Positions 9,622 to 20,500 of a DNA stretch of 64,000 nucleotides are shown here, piece by piece; within the stretch, counting starts at the first letter, position 1; each line of letters opens with the position of its first letter. This stretch comes from Bacteroidales bacterium (lineage in GTDB: Bacteria; Bacteroidota; Bacteroidia; Bacteroidales; JAHJDW01). Position numbers and translations under genes: made by a program. The stretch lies in NCBI GenBank assembly GCA_041671145.1, contig JBAZBZ010000011.1, forward strand, positions 6,255 through 70,254, written 5' to 3'. The notes beneath the pieces were generated by a model. The model was not told the DNA's origin. It made no database searches and worked only from the letters and a program-made list of their open reading frames with translations.

Positions 9622-10902
9622 ATGCTGCATCAGAACAGAATAAGGTTTGGTTTTATATTAATCTTACTTTGTTTATTATTTTTTTTTAATACCCTGAATT
9701 TATCATATTCTCAAAGCAAAGACAAATTACAGAAAGATAAAAGTAAAATTGAAAAAGATATTGAATATACAAACAAGCTTCTCAAGGAAACAAAAAAGAA
9801 CAAACAAATTTCGCTCAGCCAGTTGATGATTCTTAATAATAAAATAAGCATGCGCGAAGATTTAATTGAAGCTCTGAGCGAAGATATTACAGGATTGGAT
9901 AATAAAATATTAAGCACTTCGTCAATAATAAAAAATCTGGAACAACAACTTCATGGATTAAAAGATGAATATGCACAAATGATTTATTATGCCAATAAAA
10001 ACAGAAGCTCATACAATATTTTACTTTTTATTTTTTCTGCAAAAGATTTTAATCAGGCATATAAACGACTTAAATATATGCAGCAATACAGCAAATATCG
10101 AAAAGAGCAAGCTGAGATGATTATTAAAACCGAAATGAAACTTTCACAAAAAGTTTCGGAATTGAAAGAGAAAAAAAACAGTAAGGAAACAATACTGAAA
10201 AATAAAGAAACCGAAAAAGAAAAATTGTCAAGGGAAAAAGAGGAAAAAAATATTGCAGTAAAAAAACTTAAAGTAAAAGAAAAGGAACTTATTGCTACAT
10301 TGAAAGAAAAAGAAAAAGCAGCTAAGAAACTTCAACGAGCTATTGAGTCTATTATTGCTGAAGAAATAAGAAAATCAACGGAAGTGAAAAAAGCAAAAAA
10401 AGTTAAGGATAAGATTAAGGTTAAGGATAAGGAAGAAAAAAATGTTAATTCAATATATGAATTAACTCCCGAAGAGCAGATTATTTCAGATGATTTTGCA
10501 AACAACAAGGGGAAATTGCCATGGCCATCGGAAAAAGGAGTTATAGTAAGCTCTTTCGGTTCGCACCCGCATCTTGTATTGCCGAATGTTAAAATTAATA
10601 ATAACGGTATTGATATAGGTACAAATCAGGGAGCGACATGCAGGGCAATATTCAGTGGAAAAGTTACGGGCATTGTTTCAATTCCCGGAGCGAATAAAGC
10701 CGTAATTGTCCGACACGGCAACTACCTGACTGTTTATTCAAACTTGTTCGAGGTTTATGTTAAAATGGGCGAAAATATAAAAACAAAACAAAACATAGGT
10801 AAAATATATACCGACCCAAGCGATTCAAAAACCGAACTTCATTTCGAAATATGGAATGGCAAAAAAACTCTTGACCCTTCATTGTGGATTAGTAGGAAAT
10901 AA
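9622..10902 (+). CDS. M23 family peptidase with coiled-coil N-terminus (EnvC-like)
   Basis: Long K/E-rich coiled coil followed by a C-terminal LytM/M23 domain (GIDIG...VIVRHGNYLTVYSNL...LHFEIW). Confidence 0.8.
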   Translation: MLHQNRIRFGFILILLCLLFFFNTLNLSYSQSKDKLQKDKSKIEKDIEYTNKLLKETKKNKQISLSQLMILNNKISMREDLIEALSEDITGLDNKILSTSSIIKNLEQQLHGLKDEYAQMIYYANKNRSSYNILLFIFSAKDFNQAYKRLKYMQQYSKYRKEQAEMIIKTEMKLSQKVSELKEKKNSKETILKNKETEKEKLSREKEEKNIAVKKLKVKEKELIATLKEKEKAAKKLQRAIESIIAEEIRKSTEVKKAKKVKDKIKVKDKEEKNVNSIYELTPEEQIISDDFANNKGKLPWPSEKGVIVSSFGSHPHLVLPNVKINNNGIDIGTNQGATCRAIFSGKVTGIVSIPGANKAVIVRHGNYLTVYSNLFEVYVKMGENIKTKQNIGKIYTDPSDSKTELHFEIWNGKKTLDPSLWISRK

Positions 10903-10930
10903 TAGTCATTTGTCAATAGTCGTTAGTAAA
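10903..10930. repeat. heptamer array x4
   Basis: tagtcat ttgtcaa tagtcgt tagtaaa, immediately after the M23 peptidase stop. Confidence 0.7.
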
Positions 10931-10965
10931 AACTTCGAAGTTTATTATTCGATGTTTGATTTATT

Positions 10966-10973
10966 TATCTTTG
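10966..10973 (+). promoter_or_regulatory. -7 box TATCTTTG upstream of nnr
   Basis: TAnnTTTG match 20 nt upstream of 10993. Confidence 0.45.
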
Positions 10974-10992
10974 TATTTTCAAAATCTTTGCC

Positions 10993-12507
10993 ATGAGAAT
11001 TCTTTCTGCAAAACAAATCAAAGAGGCCGATGCATATACGATAACAAACGAGCCGGTAGAATCCATTGACTTGATGGAACGTGCCGCAAAGGCATGTTCG
11101 GGGTGGCTCACAGATAACTTCAATAAAAATTATAAAATAAAAATATTCTGCGGATGCGGAAATAATGGAGGTGATGGATTGGCTGTTGCCCGCCTTTTAT
11201 CTGCAAAAAAATATAATGTTGAGGTTTTTATTATTAAACATTCCGACAAGTTTTCGGATGATTTTAAAATAAATGAACAACGTTTGAAAAAAATCAAAAC
11301 AGTTAAAATAACCGCCATTTCATCAAAAGAACAAATTAAAAATTTTAAATGTGAACAAAAGTGCGTTATTATTGATGCAATTTTCGGTTCGGGTTTATCC
11401 AAACCTGTTGAGGGATTAGCTGCCGATGTTATTTATATAATGAATAAAACAGAAGCAGTGAAAATTGCAATTGATGTTCCATCGGGTTTATTTTGTGAAG
11501 ATAATTCAAAAAATATTTTTAATAATATTTTTAAAGCCGACTATACTCTCACTTTTGAATTGCCGAAATTATCTTTTATGTTTCCGGAAAATGCCGAATA
11601 CATTGGCGATTTTGTGGTGTTGCCTATCGGCTTAAATTCTGATTTTATAAATAAAGCAGAAACGCAAAATTTTATTTTAACATTTGGAGATGTAATACCT
11701 AATCTTAAAAAACGTAAGAAATTTGCACATAAAGGAAATTTCGGACATGCTTTGCTTTTATCGGGAAGTTATGGAAAAATTGGTGCCGCTGTGCTGGCTT
11801 CAAAAGCATGTTTACGCACCGGTGTGGGATTGCTGACCGCACATATTCCGAAGTGCGGCTATAACATTTTGCAAACCGCTATTCCCGAAACAATGCTCGA
11901 CATTGATGAAAATGAAAATATTATTTCATCTTTTATTGATATTTCGAAATATTCTGCCGTTGGTATTGGTCCCGGAATAGGCACTGAAAAAGAAACTCAA
12001 AGCGCTTTAAAGCTGATAATTCAGAATGCAAGCTGGCCATTGGTTTTTGATGCAGATGCAATAAACATTATTGCCGAAAATAAAACTTGGCTTTCATTTT
12101 TACCATTGAATTGCATATTCACTCCCCATCCGCGTGAGTTCGAACGATTATGCGGAAAGCCAAAAAATGAAGTAGAACGCCAGCAAATACAACGCGATTT
12201 TACGTATAAACATCAGGCATACCTTGTTTTAAAAGGCGCGCACACTTCCATAACCTGTCCCGATGGAAATATTTATTATAATTCTACGGGAAATCCAGGA
12301 ATGGCTACAGCCGGCAGCGGTGATGTGTTGACAGGAATGATTTTATCATTGGTGGCTCAAGGATATTCTTCAAAGGAAGCATGCATTATCGGAGTTTATC
12401 TGCATGGGCTGGCAGGTGATATTGCAGCCGAAGAAACCGGCTATGAATCTCTCATAGCAGGTGACATTATCGAAAATATCGGGATGGCATTTAAAATGCT
12501 GAAATAA
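10993..12507 (+). CDS. nnr: bifunctional NAD(P)H-hydrate epimerase/dehydratase
   Basis: YjeF_N motif GCGNNGGDGLAVAR. C-terminal carbohydrate-kinase part KGNFGHALLLSGS...GMATAGSGDVLTG. Confidence 0.9.
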   Translation: MRILSAKQIKEADAYTITNEPVESIDLMERAAKACSGWLTDNFNKNYKIKIFCGCGNNGGDGLAVARLLSAKKYNVEVFIIKHSDKFSDDFKINEQRLKKIKTVKITAISSKEQIKNFKCEQKCVIIDAIFGSGLSKPVEGLAADVIYIMNKTEAVKIAIDVPSGLFCEDNSKNIFNNIFKADYTLTFELPKLSFMFPENAEYIGDFVVLPIGLNSDFINKAETQNFILTFGDVIPNLKKRKKFAHKGNFGHALLLSGSYGKIGAAVLASKACLRTGVGLLTAHIPKCGYNILQTAIPETMLDIDENENIISSFIDISKYSAVGIGPGIGTEKETQSALKLIIQNASWPLVFDADAINIIAENKTWLSFLPLNCIFTPHPREFERLCGKPKNEVERQQIQRDFTYKHQAYLVLKGAHTSITCPDGNIYYNSTGNPGMATAGSGDVLTGMILSLVAQGYSSKEACIIGVYLHGLAGDIAAEETGYESLIAGDIIENIGMAFKMLK

Positions 12508-12536
12508 ATATAATTTGTTCGTTAACAAAAAATGAT

Positions 12537-12544
12537 TATATTTG
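12537..12544 (+). promoter_or_regulatory. -7 box TATATTTG upstream of the RRM protein gene
   Basis: TAnnTTTG match 31 nt upstream of 12575. Confidence 0.45.
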
Positions 12545-12574
12545 TAACTTAACCAATTAATTTAAATAATTTTT

Positions 12575-12928
12575 ATGAACATTTTTATTGGAAGTCTTCC
12601 TTATAGTTTAGAAGAATCTAAACTGGGGGAGTATTTTGAAAACTACGGTGAAGTTTCCTCAGTTAAAATCATTACTGATAAATTCACAGGAAGAAGTAAA
12701 GGTTTTGGATTTGTTGAAATGCCAGATGATGAGCTAGCTCAAAAAGCAATTGATGAATTAAATGGTACTGAAATCCAGGGACGTTCTATTGTTGTTAATA
12801 AAGCGGAAGAGAAAAAAGAAAGAACCGGAGGAAGCGATTCCAGAAGAGGAAATGACCGCGGAGGTTACAATAAAGGCGGTTATAATAAAGGAAATAGCAG
12901 AGACGGTAACAGACGATCTAGTTATTAA
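12575..12928 (+). CDS. RRM-type RNA-binding protein with Gly/Arg/Asn-rich tail
   Basis: RNP-2 NIFIGSL and RNP-1 KGFGFVEM. Tail RRGNDRGGYNKGGYNKG. Confidence 0.85.
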   Translation: MNIFIGSLPYSLEESKLGEYFENYGEVSSVKIITDKFTGRSKGFGFVEMPDDELAQKAIDELNGTEIQGRSIVVNKAEEKKERTGGSDSRRGNDRGGYNKGGYNKGNSRDGNRRSSY

Positions 12929-13143
12929 GGATTTTTCAGGTATTTGAATCCCTTTTAATCAGAAAAGTTTATTAATTCTAATTAATCCCGACAACTAAGT
13001 TAGTCAGGATTGGTTCTGTTATTTTATTAACGAAATCAGAAAATGTTTTATTTTATCGAATTTTGTTAGTATACTGCTGTATTTTATTTTTCTATCTCAC
13101 CGCCGCTACATTTCCCAGCACTTATCATTATAGAACCAAAACT

Positions 13144-14370
13144 TTATTCAATAATAATCTTACTTGTTTTTACAAACCTGCTGTTTATCAATTTTACAAA
13201 ATAAATTCCCTTTGAATAATTTGTAATATTTACAGGCATTATAAAATTATCATTACAAACAACTCTTTTAGAAAGAACAATCTGTCCGTTTAGATTTTGC
13301 ATTTCAATAAGTAAATCACTTTCAATTTTAATATCGGTTAATATTTTTACATAAAAAACATTTATACATGGATTAGGAAAAATGGAAATATTTATTTTAT
13401 CGATAAGTTTTTCTTTCACAAAATCAACACCACCATCAGTGGTTTTAAGTATTAGTCCGTTGTTTCCTACAACATATCCCGTATCGGGATTAAGGAAGAA
13501 CAATGAATTTATATGGCTTGATGTATTTGAAATCTGACTGCTCCAGCTTGCATCATTTGATGACTTGAATATAACACCGTTGTTACCGACAGTATAGCAT
13601 TTCCCGTTTTGGTAACAAAAAATACCATTCAGATTTTCATTAGTAAAATTAATTAATGAATCCCAGTCGCTGCCTGCGTTTGTGGTTTTATATATTTTCC
13701 CGTTGTTTCCTGCAATATAGCAAATACTATCGTTTATTAATGATAAACTATTTAACGTATTGGTTGTATTTAATGTGCCGGTTACCCAGAAATTTCCGCC
13801 ATCGGTAGTTTTAATAATTGTTCCGTTAATGCCAACAGCATAGCCGGTATTATTACGAAAAGAAACAGCTTTTAAAATATAAATAGAAGGGGATAAAACG
13901 TAAGTCCAATTGTTGCCGCTATCCGTGGATTTAAGAATAATTCCGTTGTCACCAACGGCAATGCCGGTGGAAGAATTAATGAAATGCAAACTGTTCAACC
14001 GGCAATTGTAAGCATTTGAAATTGTTATCCATGTACTTCCGGCATTTGTTGTTTTTAAAATTATTCCACTGTCGCCAACCATGTATCCGTTTGTTAAATC
14101 CGTAAAATAAAGAGCATTAAAATATTTATTTTGCGGAGTGGACAATGCTTTCCATGAATTTCCGCCATCGGTTGTTTTAATTACTATTCCACTGTAGTCT
14201 GTAATATATCCCGTAGAAATGTTATTAAAAAAAACAGAATTGAAATTATACAGCATCGACAGGGAAATGTCGTTCCACTGTGCATTAACGTTGCTCATTT
14301 GAAGCAATAAAAAGAATGAGAATAAATAAAGAAATTTGATTTTTTTCATGTGTATATTTTTTTCATTCAA
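13144..14370 (-). CDS. BNR/Ycf48-like beta-propeller protein with T9SS type A sorting domain
   Basis: Repeated TTDGGNSW, TTNAGSTW and STDSGNNW BNR motifs. C-terminal FPNPC...GIYFVKL CTD. Start may be the Met at 14349 (MKKIKF signal peptide). Confidence 0.7.
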   Translation of the reverse strand: MNEKNIHMKKIKFLYLFSFFLLLQMSNVNAQWNDISLSMLYNFNSVFFNNISTGYITDYSGIVIKTTDGGNSWKALSTPQNKYFNALYFTDLTNGYMVGDSGIILKTTNAGSTWITISNAYNCRLNSLHFINSSTGIAVGDNGIILKSTDSGNNWTYVLSPSIYILKAVSFRNNTGYAVGINGTIIKTTDGGNFWVTGTLNTTNTLNSLSLINDSICYIAGNNGKIYKTTNAGSDWDSLINFTNENLNGIFCYQNGKCYTVGNNGVIFKSSNDASWSSQISNTSSHINSLFFLNPDTGYVVGNNGLILKTTDGGVDFVKEKLIDKINISIFPNPCINVFYVKILTDIKIESDLLIEMQNLNGQIVLSKRVVCNDNFIMPVNITNYSKGIYFVKLINSRFVKTSKIIIE

Positions 14371-14448
14371 TGTTCAGAGTTCAATTTTTTATGCTTTACG
14401 CCTTATTTTTCTTATTACTTACGCCTAAATTCTTACGACTTTTTCGTT

Positions 14449-16506
14449 TTAATCTTGTTTATAAAATTCGCCAATAATTTTAAATTCAACTCTTCTGTTT
14501 TGTTGTCTTCCTTGCGGATTATCGGTTCCGTCAATATTCGTATTTGGAGCTAAGGGATTTGTTTTTCCACATCCTTTCGGAATTAAAAGCTTTTCACTGA
14601 TTCCCTTATCAACAAGATACTGTACGACACTATTGGCGCGATTTTGCGATAAAATCAGATTATATTGTTCGTCGCCTATACTGTCTGAATATGCCGCTAT
14701 TTCTACAATTGCATTTGGTAATTTTTTAAGAATGCTTACAAGATAATTTAATTCTTCCATCGATTCGGCTGTTAATGTTGCTTTATCAAATTCGAAATAA
14801 ATATTTTTCAGTGAATATGTTTTATTTTGTTCCGGTTTTTTCTTGAGGTTAAAATTCAACTTATAATTTTCAAGCTTGGTTAATCCTGTTGTGTTTATGC
14901 TGTATTGTTCATCAAAATATCCTTCTTCCGATACATTAAGCTGATAATTTGTATTAGGTTTTAATTTGAGAATAAATTCTTCATTGCTTAAAATCGAATC
15001 GGTTGATAAAATAGAAACCGTGTCGGTAATAACTGAGAGAGTGATTACGGAATTCGTAGGCACCTTTGAATCGGAATGTTGTTCAAATACTTTTCCTGTA
15101 ATGACAAATTCGTTATTATTAAGATATTGAAATTTATAAATATCATCACAGCATGTATTTCCTTCGTCGGTTGTATCATTTACAGCACGATTAGAACTAA
15201 AAAAACCCTCTTTGTTTTTTTCAGTGCCTGAGTTTATCAAAATATAATAAAAATCATCAACGCTTGAATTTATAGGACAACCGATATTCACAGCATCTTT
15301 CCATTTCGAAAGCGAACCATTAGAACTGAAAACATCAAGACCTCCTATGCTTTTCAATCCGTCGGAACTGAAATATAATGTTTCGTTTTTTTCGTCATAA
15401 AAAGGAGTGATTTCATTTCCGGGAGTGTTTATTTTTGTGCCGGAGTTCACCACTTCGGAATAATTATTCTTATTAGTTATGATAGAGTACCAGATATCAT
15501 AACCACCGTTTCCGCCAGGTCTGTCGGAAGAAAAATATAAAATTTCCTGAGTGCTGTCACTTGCACTAATTGAAATGTTTGGTTGTGTGGTTGAATATCC
15601 GGGATAATTAATTACATCAGGTAGTTTGACGGGCTCCTGCCATTTAAGGTTTTTAAATTCGCTTACATATAAATTACATATTGTTTTTGAATTATCATCG
15701 GTTTTACAACGTGTAAAATAAAATCTTTTTTTATCGGCTGAAAAAGTTCCATTGGCAGTATGTGCTTTTTCGCTGTTTAAAGTACTGTCAAATTCTTTTT
15801 TTAAAATATATTTTCCGTTATCATTTTTTTCGGCAAGATATAATTTTGTTTTGGGTAAACATAAATTATTATTTTCGGAACTGTTGAGCCGCAGAGATGA
15901 AAAAATAAGTTTGGTGCTGTCGAATGGTATTGCTGCGAAATCGGAATTTTCCCTGTTTATGCTTGTATCAAGATGCTCAATGATGACAGCGGATGAGTCA
16001 ATACTTGCTGCTAAAGCAAATTCACAATCTTTAATTTCTTTCTTAACGAGTTTTTTATAATACTGTGCATCCTGACCTTTATATGTTTTAGAGAACTCTG
16101 AAAAAGCATTTATTGCCGCTTTGTAATTTCCGTTATATTTCATCATTGAAGCGTATTTAAATTTTGCAAGCGGGTATGCATTGGGGTCAGAAAAGCAGGT
16201 TTCTTTATACCATATTTCCGCCTTTTTGTACTTGCGGAGATTGTAATATGACTCTGCAATGTTGTATGAAATATATGCTTTGTTGGGTTCAGTTTCGTAA
16301 ATTTTAAGATACAAGTCAACCGCAGCATTGTAATTCCCGTTAGTAAAAGCATAATCAGCAAGGCGGATAGTTTTAAATTTATTTGCTTTATTCTTTTTAT
16401 TAAAATTGAAAAGTTGTGCTGACGCATTGGAAAAGCAAAACGTTAAAACAAATAATATAAAAAATATATGTATTTTATTTTTGAGCATTTTTACAATCTT
16501 ATACAA
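14449..16506 (-). CDS. PorE-like OmpA family protein (TPR + beta-propeller + OmpA_C)
   Basis: N-terminal TPR. TolB/WD40-like repeats (FSSDR, GGYDIWYS, LYFSSDG). C-terminal OmpA motif NRRVEF. Lies directly after PorP/SprF. Confidence 0.7.
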   Translation of the reverse strand: MYKIVKMLKNKIHIFFILFVLTFCFSNASAQLFNFNKKNKANKFKTIRLADYAFTNGNYNAAVDLYLKIYETEPNKAYISYNIAESYYNLRKYKKAEIWYKETCFSDPNAYPLAKFKYASMMKYNGNYKAAINAFSEFSKTYKGQDAQYYKKLVKKEIKDCEFALAASIDSSAVIIEHLDTSINRENSDFAAIPFDSTKLIFSSLRLNSSENNNLCLPKTKLYLAEKNDNGKYILKKEFDSTLNSEKAHTANGTFSADKKRFYFTRCKTDDNSKTICNLYVSEFKNLKWQEPVKLPDVINYPGYSTTQPNISISASDSTQEILYFSSDRPGGNGGYDIWYSIITNKNNYSEVVNSGTKINTPGNEITPFYDEKNETLYFSSDGLKSIGGLDVFSSNGSLSKWKDAVNIGCPINSSVDDFYYILINSGTEKNKEGFFSSNRAVNDTTDEGNTCCDDIYKFQYLNNNEFVITGKVFEQHSDSKVPTNSVITLSVITDTVSILSTDSILSNEEFILKLKPNTNYQLNVSEEGYFDEQYSINTTGLTKLENYKLNFNLKKKPEQNKTYSLKNIYFEFDKATLTAESMEELNYLVSILKKLPNAIVEIAAYSDSIGDEQYNLILSQNRANSVVQYLVDKGISEKLLIPKGCGKTNPLAPNTNIDGTDNPQGRQQNRRVEFKIIGEFYKQD

Positions 16507-17513
16507 GGTATTGAAAATGGAATTTTATTTTTTCCTGATAAAAATTTATCGGTATAAATTATTGAAAATTCAAAACCTCCATTGAAATTAGTTGCCGGAT
16601 GCAGCTTTGAATTATTAATATCATAGCTAACGCAGACATCCCATTTTTCATATTTAATTCCTGTAATTACAATTATTGCATCTGATGTGCGATAAGCGGC
16701 GCCAATTGTAAAATTCAAAAAAACTCCGTTAGTGGTTTTAAAGATATATTCCAATCTGCTGCCAAGATTCAATTCTTTGGCTTTATTCTGCATAATAAAT
16801 AATATATCTGGTTTTATATTTATTTTTTCGTTAATGACTTTTTTCGCATTGAAGTATAATCCAAATAATAATGGCATTGGTGCAATATTTCCCGATAACG
16901 ATTCATTGGGCTTTGTTATGTGATGTACGGAAAATCCTCCGTTAATATTTAGATTACCGGGCTTTTGCAATTGGTAGGAAATCCCCGAACTCATATCGAA
17001 TTTACTGATGTTAAAATTCAAAGTGTTTTCTCCGCTTTGAATATTTGTGTTGAAATCACCAGCTAAATACTGACTTTCGAAAGATAATTTCGTAAAATCA
17101 ATTTTCTTCTGAAAAAAACCGGCTTGAAATCCTATTGATATTGAATGTTCTTTTTTTGCATCAAGTTTTTTGCAATATGATGTGCTTAACATAAACTGGA
17201 AATTACTCAAATGACCTTCACCGCTTCTGTCGTTAATAATTATCAGTCCTGCACCTATAGCATCATCTTTTAACCGGTCCTCAAGAAATTTTGAATCGAA
17301 AGAAATGGAGGAAGTTATATAAGGAACGGAAATGCTGTTCCATTGATTTCTGTAATTAGTAATAGCTCTCATGTTTCCATCAATATTTCCTGTGAGGGCT
17401 GGATTTAAAGACAGGGGAGAGTTATAAAATTGTGAAAAATGAATATCCTGACAAAAAATAAAATCAGAAACAAGCAATAAAAATAATAATAATATTTTAT
17501 TTGCATAGGGCAT
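16491..17513 (-). CDS. type IX secretion system membrane protein PorP/SprF family
   Basis: Signature QDIHFSQFYNSPLSLNPALTG. Start placed at the ATG at 17513 (MPYANKILLLF signal peptide), because the longer ORF-track N-terminus is encoded by heptamer repeats. Confidence 0.8.
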   Translation of the reverse strand: MPYANKILLLFLLLVSDFIFCQDIHFSQFYNSPLSLNPALTGNIDGNMRAITNYRNQWNSISVPYITSSISFDSKFLEDRLKDDAIGAGLIIINDRSGEGHLSNFQFMLSTSYCKKLDAKKEHSISIGFQAGFFQKKIDFTKLSFESQYLAGDFNTNIQSGENTLNFNISKFDMSSGISYQLQKPGNLNINGGFSVHHITKPNESLSGNIAPMPLLFGLYFNAKKVINEKINIKPDILFIMQNKAKELNLGSRLEYIFKTTNGVFLNFTIGAAYRTSDAIIVITGIKYEKWDVCVSYDINNSKLHPATNFNGGFEFSIIYTDKFLSGKNKIPFSIPCIRL

Positions 17514-17537
17514 AGGGCATAGGGCATGGGGCGTACA
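17503..17537. repeat. heptamer array (GCATAGG-like)x5
   Basis: gcatagg gcatagg gcatagg gcatggg gcgtaca, at the 5' end of the PorP/SprF gene. Confidence 0.85.
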
Positions 17538-17561
17538 GCTATATGTCAGCAATATTTTCTT

Positions 17562-17579
17562 AACTTTAAACATTAAACT
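17562..17579 (-). repeat. TTTAAAG-type element, partial copy
   Basis: AACTTTAAACATTAAACT, 9 nt after the stop of the giant PKD gene. Confidence 0.6.
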
Positions 17580-17587
17580 ATTTTAAT

Positions 17588-20500
17588 TTACCTTACTAAT
17601 GTTACATTTCCCTTTAATAATTTGGGAGTTGTTGAGCTTATCATTTTTGCCAGAATATAATAACTGTATGTTCCTTCTTCCTGTGGTTTACCTTTATAAG
17701 TGCCGTCCCAACCAGTATTTATATCATTTGTTTCGAATACCATTTCGCCCCATCTGTTGAAAATTCTGAACTCCAGTGATTGAATAACTCCGCTGTATAA
17801 TATTCTGAATTTATCGTTCCGTCCATCTCCATTAGGAGAAAATGCTTCGGGAACTTTTATGAAATCTTCGGAAGAAACATAAATAGTTTTGCGTATTGTA
17901 TCACTGCATCCGGAGCTGTTGAATGTTATAAGTGTAATAGTATATGTTCCGGATGTTTTATAAGTATAAATAGGATTTTTAAGAATCGAAGAATCACCAT
18001 TACCAAAATACCAAAGCCATCTGTTTCCATAAGAAGATATATTTCTGAAAATAATTGCAGGATTTGTCAAAGAAGGATTTATAGGATTGAAAGTAAAATC
18101 GGAAACAGGCCATTTGAATGCATTAATATGAATGATATTATTTTTTGTGCAAATATTATTGGCATATATTACATTCAAATTTACCATATAAGAACCTTGA
18201 TTTATAAAAGTGTGAGTTGTAATATTGCCTGTGCCGTTGTGTCCATCGCCGAAGTTCCACAGCCATGAGTTAACATATACTGATGTGTCGGAATTGTTTC
18301 CCGAAAATGTTAAACTAAAAGGAATACAGCCGGCAGTATCTTCGGGAGACAAAATAATAACGGGAGCTTTGTTAACTTTTATTGTTTTTGTTATGGTTGA
18401 TAAACAACCGATGTCGCTTAATGCGTAAAGAGAAATGTTATATTTACCCTGATTGCTGAATGAGTGAGTGGGTGATACGACAATGCTTGTATTTCCGTCT
18501 CCAAAATTCCATGTATATGAATCGGGAAAAATATGTGTTGTTGTATTTATTAGAGCCATATTTCCAGTGTTGCAAAATACAGTATCGTCAAGATTAAAAC
18601 CGGCAATAATATTTTCGAGATATATTTTTTCTGTTTTCGGAACTATATAAGTGCAACCGAGAGAATCCCGCAATAGTAAACTTGGAGTATATGTTCCGGG
18701 TTTTGAATAGAAATGTATTATGCTGTCTTTATTGCTTGATGAAGAACGATAAACAACGCTGCCATCACCAAAATCCCAAAAATAATCAATGGTGTTTTTG
18801 GTATTTGCAGCAAACAAAACCGTATCGGGGTTGCAAATTGAATCAGGATTGAAAGACAGATTTCCTACGGGTCCGCCTACCTTTACAAATGTGTTTTTTA
18901 TCAATGAGTCGGAACATCCTTCATTATTTGAAACAATTAATTTAACATCGAAATTACCAGAAGTAATAAATAGATGAGCTGCATTTTGCTGGTTTGAAAA
19001 GTTGCCATCGCCAAAATCCCAGTGCCATTGGTTTACATCGGAAGAAGACAAATCGAAAAAGATTACTGCTAATGGTGGACAATCTGTAGAAACAGGATTT
19101 CCGTTGAAGTTTGCAGTTGGCTTTTGTTTCATGAGTATATTACTCATCGTTTTTTTATGACTGCAACCCGATGAATCAGTTACTGTGAGAGAAACAGTAT
19201 ATGTTCCTATTGAGTTGTATTTATGTTTTGGATTTAAAACGCTACTTGTGGTGCCATCACCGAAATTCCATGAGTATGTTAGTTTATAACCCGAAGAAGA
19301 ATTCATAAAGAATAAAGAATCGCCATAGCAAAGGTTACTGTTTTGTATTGAAAAATTTGCTAAAGGTCTAATGTGTATGAGTTGTTTTTTTATAACAGTA
19401 TCTTCACATCCAAAGATATTTTTCACATAAAGTGTTACGGAATAATTACCGGAAATTGAATATGAATGAACAGGATTTTGAACTGTATCGAAAGGACTGC
19501 CATCGCCAAAGTCCCATCGCCATTTGGTTACCGTATAATCGGAAATTGTAGTATCTGTAAAAAAAACCGGAGCTCCGGGACATGCTGTGGTATTGCTGAC
19601 TGTAAATCCTCCTTTTATACCTGCTTTGCTAACGATTTTGATAGTGTCTGTTGATACATAAGTACAGACCAGAGTATCATTTTTTAAATCACCACAACAC
19701 AAATAATAAACGTTTACTTTCAATATGCGTTTTACAATATAAGTTCCGATGTCTTTATAGGTATGAATGGGATTTCTGTATGTGCCTTTAGTTCTCCCGT
19801 TGTGATTGCCATCATGGTTATGTTTGGGATAAATAATTGTATCGGTACCCGTAACTCTGTACGGGAAAATTATTTCGTTAATACCGGGAATATAATCCAA
19901 GAAATCATAATAAATAGAATATTGAACTTTATCATTAACAAGAGTATCACCATCACCAAATTCCCAGTAATATTGTTTTATTTCACCATAGAAACTTATA
20001 GAAGTATCTTTAAAATAAAATGTTATTCCCTGGCAGGTAGTATCTGCAGTGGGGGTAAACCCATTAACAACACTATCAATTACCAGCATATAATCCGGGT
20101 TACAATCGCCGCAGCCGCCAGTTTTTGAAGTGAAGTTTCTTGTTATAATGTTAAAACCATAACGTCCGGCTTTAGTAAAATTAATAAATGTAGTATCCAA
20201 AGGATTTAAGATGGTATTTATTCCCGTTTGTAAATCTGTCATTTTGAAATCAACTGTAGTATCAGCCCCGATGGAGCAGTCGTAAAAACCTAATTTTACG
20301 GGAGGATAGCAGGCAGCCATATCAGTAGTTGAACCTTCAGATGAATCAGGTCTGAGATGACATATTCCCGACCTGGGTTTTACATTCCATATTCTTTTAT
20401 ATATTGTATCATTACAACCGTTAAATCCTGCAACAAAAAAAATAGTATCCAAACCCATTGGTATATGTCCTGTATTGAAAACAGGATTTTGTACTTTAGA

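Noticed and set aside
12762-12947. 61-aa alternative-frame ORF over the RRM protein tail
   Set aside because: It is an out-of-frame reading of the purine-rich Gly/Arg/Asn tail region. The RRM frame carries the RNP-1 and RNP-2 motifs.
16491-17573. Full-length ORF-track start (17573) for PorP/SprF, and likewise 44495 for the methyltransferase, 55584 for rplS, 56362 for trmD, 60615 for nadK and 45481 for the PPIase
   Set aside because: The N-terminal extensions are encoded by intergenic repeats or lack homology to the family N-termini. Internal ATGs give canonical N-termini ([52 protein letters not shown]).
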